From the NCBI RefSeq assembly GCF_009914755.1, contig NC_060948.1: DNA of 64,000 nucleotides; one strand, written 5' to 3'. Positions 39,906 through 59,238 of this stretch are shown here, piece after piece. How positions within the stretch are numbered: position 1 is the first letter of the stretch; each line of letters starts with the position of its first letter. This DNA comes from the human T2T-CHM13v2.0 reference genome, Homo sapiens. The position numbers were made by a program, and so were the translations under genes. The notes beneath the pieces were generated by a model. The model was not told where the DNA came from. It did not search any database and saw only the letters and a program-made list of their open reading frames with translations.

Positions 39906-42033
39906 AGATCCATATTTTTTAAATGAAAAAAAATTTCAAAGGTACTCTGCTTGGTACAATAATCAAATGTATAAACTGAGGAATAAAACATAACCATGAA
40001 ACCTACTTATAACTGCATATGGAAAATACAGAGGATAATTTTTTAAATAACATATTTTGAAAGCCTTAACTAGTAATTTGAAGAGTTGGCATTTGTAAGG
40101 CCAGTATGAATATACCTTCAAAGCAGCAACACAGGTTCCCCGTGAGAAAAAGCAAACTCAGGGAAAATAAAACCACAAAGGTTCAATCTCTTCTGACCTT
40201 TGAAAGACACAGCACAGACAGTGGTCCTTAGGACGAAGAGCAGGAGACCCCTAATTCCGTCACCATGGCGATAGGGCATAAACATTGCTGGGTGAGGGCA
40301 CAATCCACATTGTGAGGTCCAACTGCTGCCAGGAAGACAGGAGTGCTTTTACATAGACCGAAAGGTCATTGAAGGCTCAGAGTTTTGTTTCAAGAACTGA
40401 ATCCCAAGCCCACACGTTATTAGGCTGCGCTTCTTAAAACAAGTTATGAGATGGGAAAAAGGGCACCCACAAACATACGTATACATTATGTATATAATAA
40501 TATACAGTATCATATATAAAATATGTATAAACTATGTATAATATTGTTTTACATCCTGCATCTTATATTATATATATTGTATAAAATATAATAATTGATA
40601 ATATATAAGTTTTATATTTATACAATATGACATATAGTATATATTATAGTTTATGACATATATAATATATGTTATATATCATATATAGAATATATTATAC
40701 GGTTAATATACGTATTAAATATAAATTATACATTATATATATTATATAAAATATATCTGTTATATATAATACCCATTATGCATAATATATATATTATGTC
40801 TATATTATATATAGTATAAAACAACATATAATAATATATAATTGTATATATAAAATGCGACATATAATATATATTATATTTTATGACATATGTAATATAT
40901 ATTATGTATTATATATAATACGTTGTATGTATAATACCTATATTAAATATATATTATATGACTATGTTATTAATTACATGTCACATATGTTATATATTAT
41001 ATATTTTACATAGAATATACCGGTTACATACAATATATACTATGTTACCTATAATGTATAATTGATTACATGTAAAATAAAGAATGCAATATATTATGTA
41101 TAATTTATAATATACAATATGTGGAATGTGATACATATAACATATAATATATGATATATGATATACAGTATATGATATATAACATTCAATATATGATACC
41201 TAATATATATGGTATACAATATATATTTTAAGATATGTATTCTATATGTTTTATATTCTGTTATATATAACTATTTGAAATTATATATAACTGTATAATA
41301 TTTTATGTAAATATGTAATATAATATATATAACTATATAATATATTATATATAACTATATATTATGTTATATATACTTTTATAACATAATTTACATAAAA
41401 TGTCATAATATAATATATATTATATTATTTCACATTACATAATATATATTACATATCACCCAATATAAGTAACATACATAATATTATAATATAGATTATA
41501 TTATGTTATATTAAATATCATATATATCATGTATCATATATTCTATAATATATATTACACATTATATAATATGTATGTTGTCTATTTTGTGATATATAAA
41601 ACTATATATATAATTATATTATTATACATATAACTAGATAAACATGTAATTCTACATATTTTCATTTGTAATATATAGAATTATATAATCATATATAATT
41701 ATTTATATTCTATAAAAAATTATATCATTATATAAATTATAATATAAAAAAATTATAATATGTACTACAAATATACATAATATATATCATATATGATATA
41801 GTACCTTTGTTATATATCATAATACATATAAATGTGTATTATGTTATCTATAATTATATAATTTCATATATAAGATGTATAATATGTATTATATATTGTC
41901 TATGTTATGTAATATATATAGTATATGTAAGCTGACACAGGATAAATATTATATACTATGACATATAAAATATATGAGGTTATATGTTACATATAAGGCA
42001 TAGCACATAACATGTAATATATATCATATATAA

Positions 42034-42325
<292 letters not shown>

Positions 42326-44423
42326 AGATCCATATTTTTTAAATGAAAAAAAATTTCAAAGGTACTCTGCTTGGTACAATAATCAAATGTATAAACTGAG
42401 GAATAAAACATAACCATGAAACCTACTTATAAGTGCATATGGAAAATACAGAGGATAATTTTTTAAATAACATATTTTGAAAGCCTTAACTAGTAATTTG
42501 AAGAGTTGGCATTTGAAAGGCCAGTATGAATATACCTTCAAAGCAGCAACACAGGTTCCCCATGAGAAAAAGCAAACTCAGGGAAAATAAAACCACAAAG
42601 GTTCAATCTCTTCTGACCTTTCAAAGACACAGCACAGACAGTGGTCCTTAGGACGAAGAGCAGGAGACCCCTAATTCCGTCACCATGGCGATAGGGCATA
42701 AACATTGCTGGGTGAGGGCACAATCCACATTGAGAGGTCCAACTGCTGCCAGGAAGACAGGAGTGCTTTTACATAGACCGAAAGGTCATTGAAGGCTCAG
42801 AGTTTTGTTTCAAGAACTGAATCCCAAGCCCACACGTTATTAGGCTGCGCTTCTTAAAACAAGTTATGAGATGGGAAAAAGGGCACCCACAAACATACGT
42901 ATACATTATGTATATAATAATATACAGTATCATATATATAATATATATAACCTATGTATAATATTGTTTTACATCCTGCATCTTATATTATATATATTGT
43001 ATAAAATATAATAATTCATAATATATAACGTTTATATTTATACAATATGACATATAGTATATATTATAATTTATGACATATATAATATATGTTATATATC
43101 ATATATAGAATATATTATACGGTTAATATACGTATTAAATATAAATTATACATTATATATATTATATAAAATATATCTGTTATATATAATACCCTTTATG
43201 CAGAATATATATATTATGTCTATGTTATATATAGTATAAAACAACATATAATAATATATAATTGTATATATAAAATGCGACATATAATATATATTATATT
43301 TTATGACATATGTAATATATATTATATATTATATATAATACGTTGTATGTATAATACCTATATTAAATATATATTATATGACTATGTTATTAATTACATG
43401 TCACATATGTTATATATTACATATTTTACATAGAATATACCGGTTACATGCAATATATACTATGTTACCTATAATGTATAATTGATTACATGTAAAATAA
43501 AGAATGCAATATATTATGTATAATTTATAATATACAATATGTGGAATGTGATATATATAACATATAATATATGATATATGATATACAGTATATGATATAT
43601 AACATACAATATATGATACCTAATATATATGGTATACAATATATATTTTATGATATGTATTCTATATGTTTTATATTCTGTTATATATAACTATTTGAAA
43701 TTATATATAACTGTATAATATTTTATGCAAATATGTAATATAATATATATAACTATATAATATATTATATATAACTATATATTATGTTATATATACTTTT
43801 ATAACATAATTTACATTAAATATCAGAATATAATATATATTATATTATTTCACATTACATAATATATATTACATATCACCCAATATAAGTAACATACATA
43901 ATATTATAATATAGATTATATTATGTTATATTAAATATCATATATATCATGTATCATATATTCTATAATATATATTACACATTATATAATATGTATGTTG
44001 TCTATTATGTGATATATATAACTATATATATAATTATATTATTATACATATAACTAGGTAAACATGTAATTCTACATATTTTCATTTATAATATATAGAA
44101 TTATATAATCATATATAATTATTTATATTCTATAAAAAATTATATCATTATATAAATTATAATATAAAAAAATTATAATATGTACTACAAATATATATAT
44201 TATATATCATATATGATATAGTACCTTTGTTATATATCATAATACATATAAATGTGTATTATGTTATCTATAATTATATAATTTCATATATAAGATGTAT
44301 AATATGTATTATATATTGTATATGTTATGTAATATATATAGTATATATAAGCTGACACAGGATAAATATTATATACTATGACATATAAAATATATGAGGT
44401 TATATGTTACATATAAGGCATAG

Positions 44424-44744
<321 letters not shown>

Positions 44745-46849
44745 AGATCCATATTTTTTAAATGAAAAAAAATTTCAAAGATACTCTGCTTGGTACAATA
44801 ATCAAACGTATAAACTGAGGAATAAAACATAACCATGAAACCTACTTATAAGTGCATATGGAAAATACAGAGGATAATTTTTTAAATAACATATTTTGAA
44901 AGCCTTAACTAGTAATTTGAAGAGTTGGCATTTGTAAGGCCAGTATGAATATACCTTCAAAGCAGCAACACAGGTTCACCATGAGAAAAAGCAAACTCAG
45001 GGAAAATAAAACCACAAAGGTTCAATCTCTTCTGACCTTTGAAAGACACAGCACAGACAGTGGTCCTTAGGACGAAGAGCAGGAGACCCCTAATTCCGTC
45101 ACCATGGCGATAGGGCATAAACATTGCTGGGTGAGGGCACAATCCACATTGTGAGGTCCAACTGCTGCCAGGAAGACAGGACTGCTTTTACATAGACCGA
45201 AAAGTCATTGAAGGCTCAGAGTTTTGTTTCAAGAACTGAATACCAAGCCCACATGTTATTAGGCTGCGCTTCTTAAAACAAGTTATGAGATGGGAAAAAG
45301 GGCACCCACAAACATACGTATACATTATGTATATAATAATATACAGTATCATATATATAATATATATAACCTATGTATAATATTGTTTTACATCCTGCAT
45401 CTTATATTATATATATTGTCTAAAATATAATAATTGATAATATATAAGTTTTATATTTATACAATATGACATATAGTATATATTATACTTTATGACATAT
45501 ATAATATATGTTATATATCATATATACAATATATTATACGGTTAATATACGTATTAAATATAAATTATACATTATATATATTATATATAATATATCTGTT
45601 ATATATAATACCCATTATGCATAATATATATATTATGTCTATGTTATATATAGTATAAAACAACATATAATAATATATAATTGTATATATAAAATGCGAC
45701 ATATAATATATATTTTATTTTATGACATATGTAATATATATTATATATTATATATAATATGTTGTATGTATAATACCTATATTAAATATATATTATATGA
45801 CTATGTTATTAATTACATGTCACATATGATATATATTATATATTTTACATAGAATATACCGGTTACATACAATTTATACTATGTTACCTATAATGTATAA
45901 TTGATTACATGTAAAATAAAGAATGCAATATATTATGTATAATTTATAATATACAATATGTGGAATGTGATATATATAACATATAATATATGATATATGA
46001 TATACAGTATATGATATATAACATACAATATATGATACCTAATATATATGGTATACAATATATATTTTATGATATGTATTCTATATGTTTTATATTCTGT
46101 TATATATAACTATTTGAAATTATATATAACTGTATAATATTTTATGTAAATATGTAATATAATATATATAACTATATAATATATTATATATAACTATATA
46201 TTATGTTATATATACTTTTATAACTTAATTTATATAAAATATCATAGTATAATATATATTATATTACTTCATATTACATAATATATATTACATATCACCC
46301 AATATAAGTAACATACATAATATTATAATATACATTATATTATGTTATATTAAATATCATATATATCATGTATCATATATTCTATAATATATATTATACA
46401 TTATATAATATGCATGTTGTCTATTATGTGATATATATAACTATATATATAATTATATTATTATACATATAACTAGATAAACATGTAATTCTACATATTT
46501 TCATTTATAATATGTAGAATTATATAATCATATATAATTATTTATATCCTATAAAAAATTTTATCATTCTATAAATTATAATATATAAAAATTATAATAT
46601 GTACTACAAATATATATATTATATATCATATATGATATAGTACCTTTGTTATATATCATAATACATATAAATGTGTATTATGTTATCTATAATTATATAA
46701 TTTCATATATAAGATGTATAATATGTATCATATATTATATATGTTATGTAATATATATAGTATATATAAGATGACACAGGATAAATATTATATACTATGA
46801 CATATAAAATATATGAGGTTATATGTTACATATAAGGCATAGCACATAA

Positions 46850-47164
<315 letters not shown>

Positions 47165-49292
47165 AGATCCATATTTTTTAAATGAAAAAAAATTTCAAAG
47201 GTACTCTGCTTGGTACAATAATCAAATGTATAAACTGAGGAATAAAACATAACCATGAAACCTACTTATAACTGCATATGGAAAATACAGAGGATAATTT
47301 TTTAAATAACATATTTTGAAAGCCTTAACTAGTAATTTGAAGAGTTGGCATTTGAAAGGCCAGTATGAATATACCTTCAAAGCAGCAACACAGGTTCCCC
47401 ATGAGAAACAGCAAACTCAGGGAAAATAAATCCACAAAAGTTCAAGCTCTTCTGACCTTTGAAAGACACAGCACAGACAGTGGTCCTTAGGACGAAGAGC
47501 AGGAGACCCCTAATTCCGTCACCATGGCGATAGGGCATAAACATTGCTGGGTGAGGGCACAATCCACATTGTGAGGTCCAACTGCTGCCAGGAAGACAGG
47601 AGTGCTTTTACATAGACCGAAAGGTCATTGAAGGCTCAGAGTTTTGTTTCAAGAACTGAATCCCAAGCCCACACGTTATTAGGCTGCGCTTCTTAAAACA
47701 AGTTATGAGATGGGAAAAAGGGCACCCACAAACATACGTATACATTATGTATATAATAATATACAGTATCATATATATAATATATATAACCTATGTATAA
47801 TATTGTTTTACATCCTGCATCTTATGTTATATATATTGTATAAAATATAATAATTGATAATATATAAGTTTTATAATTATACAATATGACATATAGTATA
47901 TATTATAATTTATGACATATATAATATATGTTATATGTCATATATAGAATATATTATACGGTTAATATACGTATTAAATATAAATTATACATTCTATATA
48001 TTATATATAATATATCTGTTATATATAATACCCATTATGCATAATATATATATTATGTCTATGTTATATATAGTATAAAACAACATATAATAATATATAA
48101 TTGTATATATAAAATGCGACATATAATATATATTATATTTTATAACATATGAAATATATATTATATATTATATATAATACGTTGTATGTATAATACCTAT
48201 ATTAAATATATATTATATGACTATGTTATTAATTACATGTCACATGTGTTATATATTATATATTTTACATAGAATATACCGGTTACATACAATATATACT
48301 ATGTTACCTATAATGTATAATTTATTACATGTAAAATAAAGAATGCAATATATTATGTATAATTTATAATATACCATATGTGGAATGTGATATATATAAC
48401 ATATAATATATGATATATGATATACAGTATATGATATATAACATACAATATATGATTCCTAATATATATGGTATACCATATATATTTTATGATATGTATT
48501 CTCTATGTTTTATATTCTGTTATATATAACTATTTGAAATTATATATAACTGTATAATATTTTATGTAAATATGTAATATAATATATATAACTATATAAT
48601 ATATTATATATAAGTATATATTATGTTATATATACTTTTATAACATAATTTACATAAAATATCATAATATAATATATATTATATTATTTCATATTACATA
48701 ATATATATTACATATCACCCAATATAACTAACATACATAATATTATAATATAGATTATATTGTGTTATATTAAATATCATATATATCATGTATCATATAT
48801 TCTATAATATATATTACACATTATATAATATGTATGTTGTCTATTATGTGATATATATAACACTATATATAATTATATTTTTATACATATAACTAGATAA
48901 ACATGTAATTCTACATATTTTCATTTATACTATGTAGAATTATATAATCATATATAATTATTTATATTCTATAAAAAATTTTATCATTATATAAACTATA
49001 ATATATAAAAATTATAATATGTACTACAAATATATATATTATATATCATATATGATATAGTACCTTTGTTATATATCATAACACATATAAATGTGTATTA
49101 TGTTATCTATAATTATATAATTTCATATATAAGTTGTATAATATGTATCATATATTATATATGTTATGTAATATATATAGTATATATAAGATGACACAGG
49201 ATAAATATTATATACTATGACATATAAAATATATGAGGTTATATGTTACATATAAGGCATAGCACATAACATGTAATATATATCATATATAA

Positions 49293-49584
<292 letters not shown>

Positions 49585-51712
49585 AGATCCATATTTTTTA
49601 AATGAAAAAAAATTTCAAAGGTACTCTGCTTGGTACAATAATCAAATGTATAAACTGAGGAATAAAACATAACCATGAAACCTACTTATAACTGCATATG
49701 GAAAATACAGAGGATAATTTTTTAAATAACATATTTTGAAAGCCTTAACTAGTAATTTGAAGAGTTGGCATTTGAAAGGCCAGTATGAATATACCTTCAA
49801 AGCAGCAACACAGGTTCCCCATGAGAAAAAGCAAACACAGGGAAAATAAAAACACAAAGGTTCAATCTCTTCTGACCTTTGAAAGACACAGCACAGACAG
49901 TGGTCCTTAGGACGAAGAGCAGGAGACCCCTAATTCCGTCACCATGGCGATAGGGCATAAACATTGCTGGGTGAGGGCACAATCCACATTGTGAGGTCCA
50001 ACTGCTGCCAGGAAGACAGGAGTGCTTTTACATAGACCGAAAGGTCATTGAAGGCTCAGAGTTTTGTTTCAAGAACTGAATCCCAAGCCCACACGTTATT
50101 AGGCTGCGCTTCTTAAAACAAGTTATGAGATGGGAAAAAGGGCACCCACAAACATACGTATACATTATGTATATAATAATATACAGTATCATATATATAA
50201 TATATATAACCTATGTATAATATTGTTTTACATCCTGCATCTTATGTTATATATATTGTATAAAATATAATAATTGATAATATATAAGTTTTATAATTAT
50301 ACAATATGACATATAGTATATATTATAATTTATGACATATATAATATATGTTATATGTCATATATAGAATATATTATACGGTTAATATACGTATTAAATA
50401 TAAATTATACATTCTATATATTATATATAATATATCTGTTATATATAATACCCATTATGCATAATATATATATTATGTCTATGTTATATATAGTATAAAA
50501 CAACATATAATAATATATAATTGTATATATAAAATGCGACATATAATATATATTATATTTTATAACATATGAAATATATATTATATATTATATATAATAC
50601 GTTGTATGTATAATACCTATATTAAATATATATTATATGACTATGTTATTAATTACATGTCACATGTGTTATATATTATATATTTTACATAGAATATACC
50701 GGTTACATACAATATATACTATGTTACCTATAATGTATAATTTATTACATGTAAAATAAAGAATGCAATATATTATGTATAATTTATAATATACCATATG
50801 TGGAATGTCATGTATATAACATATAATATATGATATATGATATACAGTATATGATATATAACATACAATATATGATTCCTAATACATATGGTATACAATA
50901 TATATTTTATGATATGTATTCTATATGTTTTATATTCTGTTATATATAACTATTTGAAATTATATATAACTGTATAATATTTTATGTAAATATGTAATAT
51001 AATATATATAACTATATAATATATTATATATAACTATATATTATGTTATATATACTTTTATAACATAATTTACATAAAATATCATACTATAATATATATT
51101 ATATTATTTCATATTACATAATATATATTACATATCACCCAATATAACTAACATACATAATATTATAATATAGATTATAATATGTTATAATAAATATCAT
51201 ATATATCATGTATCATATATTCTATAATATATATTACACATTATATAATATGTATGTTGTCTATTATGTGATATATATAACTCTATATATAATTATATTT
51301 TTATACATATAACTAGATAAACATGTAATTCTACATATTTTCATTTATAATATGTAGAATTATATAATCATATATAATTATTTATATTCTATAAAAAATT
51401 TTATCATTATATAAATTATAATATATAAAAATTATAATATGTACTACAAATATATATATTATATATCATATATGATATAGTACCTTTGTTATATATCATA
51501 ATACATATAAATGTGTATTATGTTATCTATAATTATATAATTTCATATATAAGATGTATAATATGTATCATATATTATATATGTTATGTAATATATGTAG
51601 TATATATAAGATGACACAGGATAAATATTATATACTATGACATATAAAATATATGAGGTTATATGTTACATATAAGGCATAGCACATAACATGTAATATA
51701 TATCATATATAA

Positions 51713-52004
51713 TTTTTTTTTAGACAGAATCTTGTCCTGTTGCACAGGGTGGGGTACAATGGCGCCATCTTTGCTCACTGCAACTTCTGCCTCACGGGTC
51801 CAAGCGATTGTCCTCCCTCAGGCTCCCAGGTAGCTGGGACTACACCACACTGGGACTACACCAGCTGCCACCATGCCTAGCTAATTTTTTGGATTTTTAG
51901 TAGTGACAGCGTTTCACTGTATTGGCCAGGATGGTCTTGATCTCTTCACCTTGTGATCCCCTTGCCTTGGCCTCCAAATTTGCTGGGATTACAGGCCTGA
52001 GCCA
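51713..52004 (-). mobile_element. Alu in DYZ2 unit (copy 22)
   Basis: Majority-type Alu. Confidence 0.93.
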
Positions 52005-54100
52005 AGATCCATATTTTTTAAATGAAAAAAAATTTCAAAGGTACTCTGCTTGGTACAATAATCAAATGTATAAACTGAGGAATAAAACATAACCATGAAA
52101 CCTACTTATAACTGCATATGGAAAATACAGAGGATAATTTTTTAAATAACATATTTTGAAAGCCTTAACTAGTAATTTGAAGAGTTGGCATTTGAAAGGC
52201 CAGTATGAATATACCTTCAAAGCAGCAACACAGGTTCCCCATGAGAAAAAGCAAACACAGGGAAAATAAAAACACAAAGGTTCAATCTCTTCTGACCTTT
52301 GAAAGACACAGCACAGACAGTGGTCCTTAGGACGAAGAGCAGGAGACCCCTAATTCCGTCACCATGGCGATAGGGCATAAACATTGCTGGGTGAGGGCAC
52401 AATCCACATTGTGAGGTCCAACTGCTGCCAGGAAGACAGGAGTGCTTTTACATAGACCGAAAGGTCATTGAAGGCTCAGAGTTTTGTTTCAAGAACTGAA
52501 TCCCAAGCCCACACGTTATTAGGCTGCGCTTCTTAAAACAAGTTATGAGATGGGAAAAAGGGCACCCACAAACATACGTATACATTATGTATATAATAAT
52601 ATACAGTATCATATATATAATATATATAACCTATGTATAATATTGTTTTACATCCTGCATCTTATGTTATATATATTATATAAAATATAATAATTGATAA
52701 TATATAAGTTTTATAATTATACAATATGACATATAGTATATATTATAATTTATGACATATATAATATATGTTATATATCATATATAGAATATATTATACG
52801 GTTAATATACGTATTAAATATAAATTATACATTATATATATTATATATAATATATCTGTTATATATAATAACCATTATGCATAATATATATATTATGTCT
52901 ATGTTATATATAGTATAAAACAACATATAATAATATATAATTGTATATATAAAATGCGACATATAATATATATTATATTTTATAACATATGTAATATATA
53001 TTATATATAATACGTTGTATGTATAATACCTATATTAAATATATATTATATGACTATGTTATTAATTACATGTCACATGTGTTATATATTATATATTTTA
53101 CGTAGAATATACCGGTTACATACAATATATACTATGTTACCTATAATGTATAATTTATTACATGTAAAATAAAGAATGCAATATATTATGTATAATTTAT
53201 AATATACAATATGTGGAATGTGATATATGTAACATATAATATATGATATATGATATACAGTATATGATATATAACATACAATATATGATTCCTAATATAT
53301 ATGGTATACAATATATATTTTATGATATGTATTCTATATGTTTTATATTCTGTTATATATAACTATTTGAAATTATATATAACTGTATAATATTTTATGT
53401 AAATATGTAATATAATATATATAACTATATAATATATTATATATAACTATATATTATGTTATATATACTTTTATAACATAATTTACATGAAATATCATAA
53501 TATAATATATATTATATTATTTCATATTACATAATATATATTACATATCACCCAATATAACTAACATACATAATATTATACTATAGATTATATTATGTTA
53601 TATTAAATATCATATATATCATGTATCATATATTCTATAATATATATTACACATTATATAATATGTATGTTGTCTATTATGTGATATATAACTATATATA
53701 TAATTATATTTTTATACATATAACTAGATAAACATGTAATTTTACATATTTTCATTTATAATATGTAGAATTATATAATCATATATAATTATTTATATTC
53801 TATAAAAAATTTTATCATTATATAAATTATAATATATAAAAATTATAATATGTACTACAAATATATATATTATATATCATATATGATATAGTACCTTTGT
53901 TATATATCATAATACATATAAATGTGTATTATGTTATCTATAATTATATAATTTCATATATAAGATGTATAATATGTATCATATATTATATATGTTATGT
54001 AATATATATAGTATATATAAGATGACACAGGATAAATATTAAATACTATGACATATAAAATATATGAGGTTATATGTTACATATAAGGCATAGCACATAA

Positions 54101-54415
<315 letters not shown>

Positions 54416-56508
54416 AGATCCATATTTTTTAAATGAAAAAAAATTTCAAAGGTACTCTGCTTGGTACAATAATAAAATGTATAAACTGAGGAATAAAACA
54501 TAACCATGAAACCTACTTATAACTGCATATGGAAAATACAGAGGATAATTTTTTAAATAACATATTTTGAAAGCCTTAACTAGTAATTTGAAGAGTTGGC
54601 ATTTGAAAGGCCAGTATGAATATACCTTCAAAGCAGCAACACAGGTTCCCCATGAGAAAAAGCAAACACAGGGAAAATAAAAACACAAAGGTTCAATCTC
54701 TTCTGACCTTTGAAAGACACAGCACAGACAGTGGTCCTTAGGACGAAGAGCAGGAGACCCCTAATTCCGTCACCATGGCGATAGGGCATAAACATTGCTG
54801 GGTGAGGGCACAATCCACATTGTGAGGTCCAACTGCTGCCAGGAAGACAGGAGTGCTTTTACATAGACCGAAAGGTCATTGAAGGCTCAGAGTTTTGTTT
54901 CAAGAACTGAATCCCAAGCCCACACGTTATTAGGCTGCGCTTCTTAAAACAAGTTATGAGATGGGAAAAAGGGCACCCACAAACATACGTATACATTATG
55001 TATATAATAATATACAGTATCATATATATAATATATATAACCTATGTATAATATTGTTTTACATCCTGCATCTTATGCTATATATATTGTATAAAATATA
55101 ATAATTGATAATATATAAGTTTTATAATTATACAATATGACATATAGTATATATTATAATTTATGACATATATAATATATGTTATATATCATATATAGAA
55201 TATATTATACGGTTAATATACGTATTAAATATAAATTATACATTATATATATTATATATAATATATCTGTTATATATAATAACCATTATGCATAATATAT
55301 ATATTATGTCTATGTTATATATAGTATAAAACAACATATAATAATATATAATTGTATATATAAAATGCGACATATAATATATATTATATTTTATAACATA
55401 TGTAATATATATTATATATAATACGTTGTATGTATAATACCTATATTAAATATATATTATATGACTATGTTATTAATTACATGTCACATGTGTTATATAT
55501 TATATATTTTACGTAGAATATACCGGTTACATACAATATATACTATGTTACCTATAATGTATAATTTATTACATGTAAAATAAAGAATGCAATATATTAT
55601 GTATAATTTATAATATACAATATGTGGAATGTGATATATGTAACATATAATATATGATATATGATATACAGTATATGATATATAACATACAATATATGAT
55701 TCCTAATATATATGGTATACAATATATATTTTATGATATGTATTCTATATGTTTTATATTCTGTTATATATAACTATTTGAAATTATATATAACTGTATA
55801 TTTTATGTAAATATGTAATATAATATATATAACTATATAATATATTATATATAACTATATATTATGTTATATATACTTTTATAACATAATTTACATAAAA
55901 TATCATAATATAATATATATTATATTATTTCATATTACATAATATATATTACATATCACCCAATATAACTAACATACATAATATTATACTATAGATTATA
56001 TTATGTTATATTAAATATCATATATATCATGTATCATATATTCTATAATATATATTACACATTATATAATATGTATGTTGTCTATTATGTGATATATAAC
56101 TATATATATAATTATATTTTTATACATATAACTAGATAAACATGTAATTTTACATATTTTCATTTATAATATGTAGAATTACATAATCATATATAATTAT
56201 TTATATTCTATAAAAAATTTTATCATTATATAAATTATAATATATAAAAATTATAATATGTACTACAAATATATATATTATATATCATATATGATATAGT
56301 ACCTTTGTTATATATCATAATACATATAAATGTGTATTATGTTATCTATAATTATATAATTTCATATATAAGATGTATAATATGTATCATATATTATATA
56401 TGTTATGTAATATATATAGTATATATAAGATGACACAGGATAAATATTAAATACTATGACATATAAAATATATGAGGTTATATGTTACATATAAGGCATA
56501 GCACATAA

Positions 56509-56823
<315 letters not shown>

Positions 56824-58923
56824 AGATCCATATTTTTTAAATGAAAAAAAATTTCAAAGGTACTCTGCTTGGTACAATAATCAAATGTATAAACTGAGGA
56901 ATAAAACATAACCATGAAACCTACTTATAACTGCATATGGAAAATACAGAGGATAATTTTTTAAATAACATATTTTGAAAGCCTTAACTAGTAATTTGAA
57001 GAGTTGGCATTTGAAAGGCCAGTATGAATATACCTTCAAAGCAGCAACACAGGTTCCCCATGAGAAAAAGCAAACACAGGGAAAATAAAAACACAAAGGT
57101 TCAATCTCTTCTGACCTTTGAAAGACACAGCACAGACAGTGGTCCTTAGGACGAAGAGCAGGAGACCCCTAATTCCGTCACCATGGCAATAGGGCATAAA
57201 CATTGCTGGGTGAGGGCACAATCCACATTGTGAGGTCCAACTGCTGCCAGGAAGACAGGAGTGCTTTTACATAGACCGAAAGGTCATTGAAGGCTCAGAG
57301 TTTTGTTTCAAGAACTGAATCCCAAGCCCACACGTTATTAGGCTGCGCTTCTTAAAACAAGTTATGAGATGGGAAAAAGGGCACCCACAAACATACGTAT
57401 ACATTATGTATATAATAATATACAGTATCATGTATATAATATATATAACCTATGTATAATATTGTTTTACATCCTGCATCCTATGCTATATATATTGTAT
57501 AAAATATAATAATTGATAATATATAAGTTTTATAATTATACAATATGACATATAGTATATATTATAATTTATGACATATATAATATATGTTATATATCAT
57601 ATATAGAATATATTATACGGTTAATATACGTATTAAATATAAATTATACATTATATATATTATATATAATATATCTGTTATATATAATAACCATTATGCA
57701 TAATATATATATTATGTCTATGTTATATATAGTATAAAACAACATATAATAATATATAATTGTATATATAAAATGCGACATATAATATATATTATATTTT
57801 ATAACATATGTAATATATATTATATATAATACGTTGTATGTATAATACCTATATTGAATATATATTATATGACTATGTTATTAATTACTTGTCACATGTG
57901 TTATATATTATATATTTTACATAGAATATACCGGTTACATACAATATATACTATGTTACCTATAATGTATAATTTATTACATGTAAAATAAAGAATGCAA
58001 TATATTATGTATAATTTATAATATACAATATGTGGAATGTGATATATGTAACATATATTATATGATATATGATATACAGTATATGATATATAACATACAA
58101 TATATGATTCCTAATATATATGGTATACAATATATATTTTATGATATGTATTCTATATGTTTTATATTCTGTTATATATAACTATTTGAAATTATATATA
58201 ACTGTATAATATTTTATGTAAATATGTAATATAATATATATAACTATATAATATATTATATATAACTATATATTATGTTATATATACTTTTATAACATAA
58301 TTTACATAAAATATCATAATATAATATATATTATAATATTTCATATTACATAATATATATTACATATCACCCAATATAACTAACATACATAATATTATAA
58401 TATAGATTATATTATGTTATATTAAATATCATATATATCATGTATCATATATTCTATAATATATATTACACATTATATAATATGTATGTTGTCTATTATG
58501 TGATATATATAACTATATATATAATTATATTTTTATACATATAACTGGATAAACATGTAATTCTACATATTTTCATTTATAATATGTAGAATTATATAAT
58601 CATATATAATTATTTATATTCTATAAAAAATTTTATCATTATATAAATTATAATATATAAAAATTATAATATGTACTACAAATATATATATATTATATAT
58701 CATATATGATATAGTACCTTTGTTATATATCATAATACATATAAATGTGTATTATGTTATCTATAATTATATAATTTCATATATAAGATGTATAATATGT
58801 ATCATATATTATATATGTTATGTAATATATATAGTATATATAAGATGACACAGGATAAATATTATATACTATGACATATAAAATATATGAGGTTATATGT
58901 TACATATAAGGCATAGCACATAA

Positions 58924-59238
<315 letters not shown>

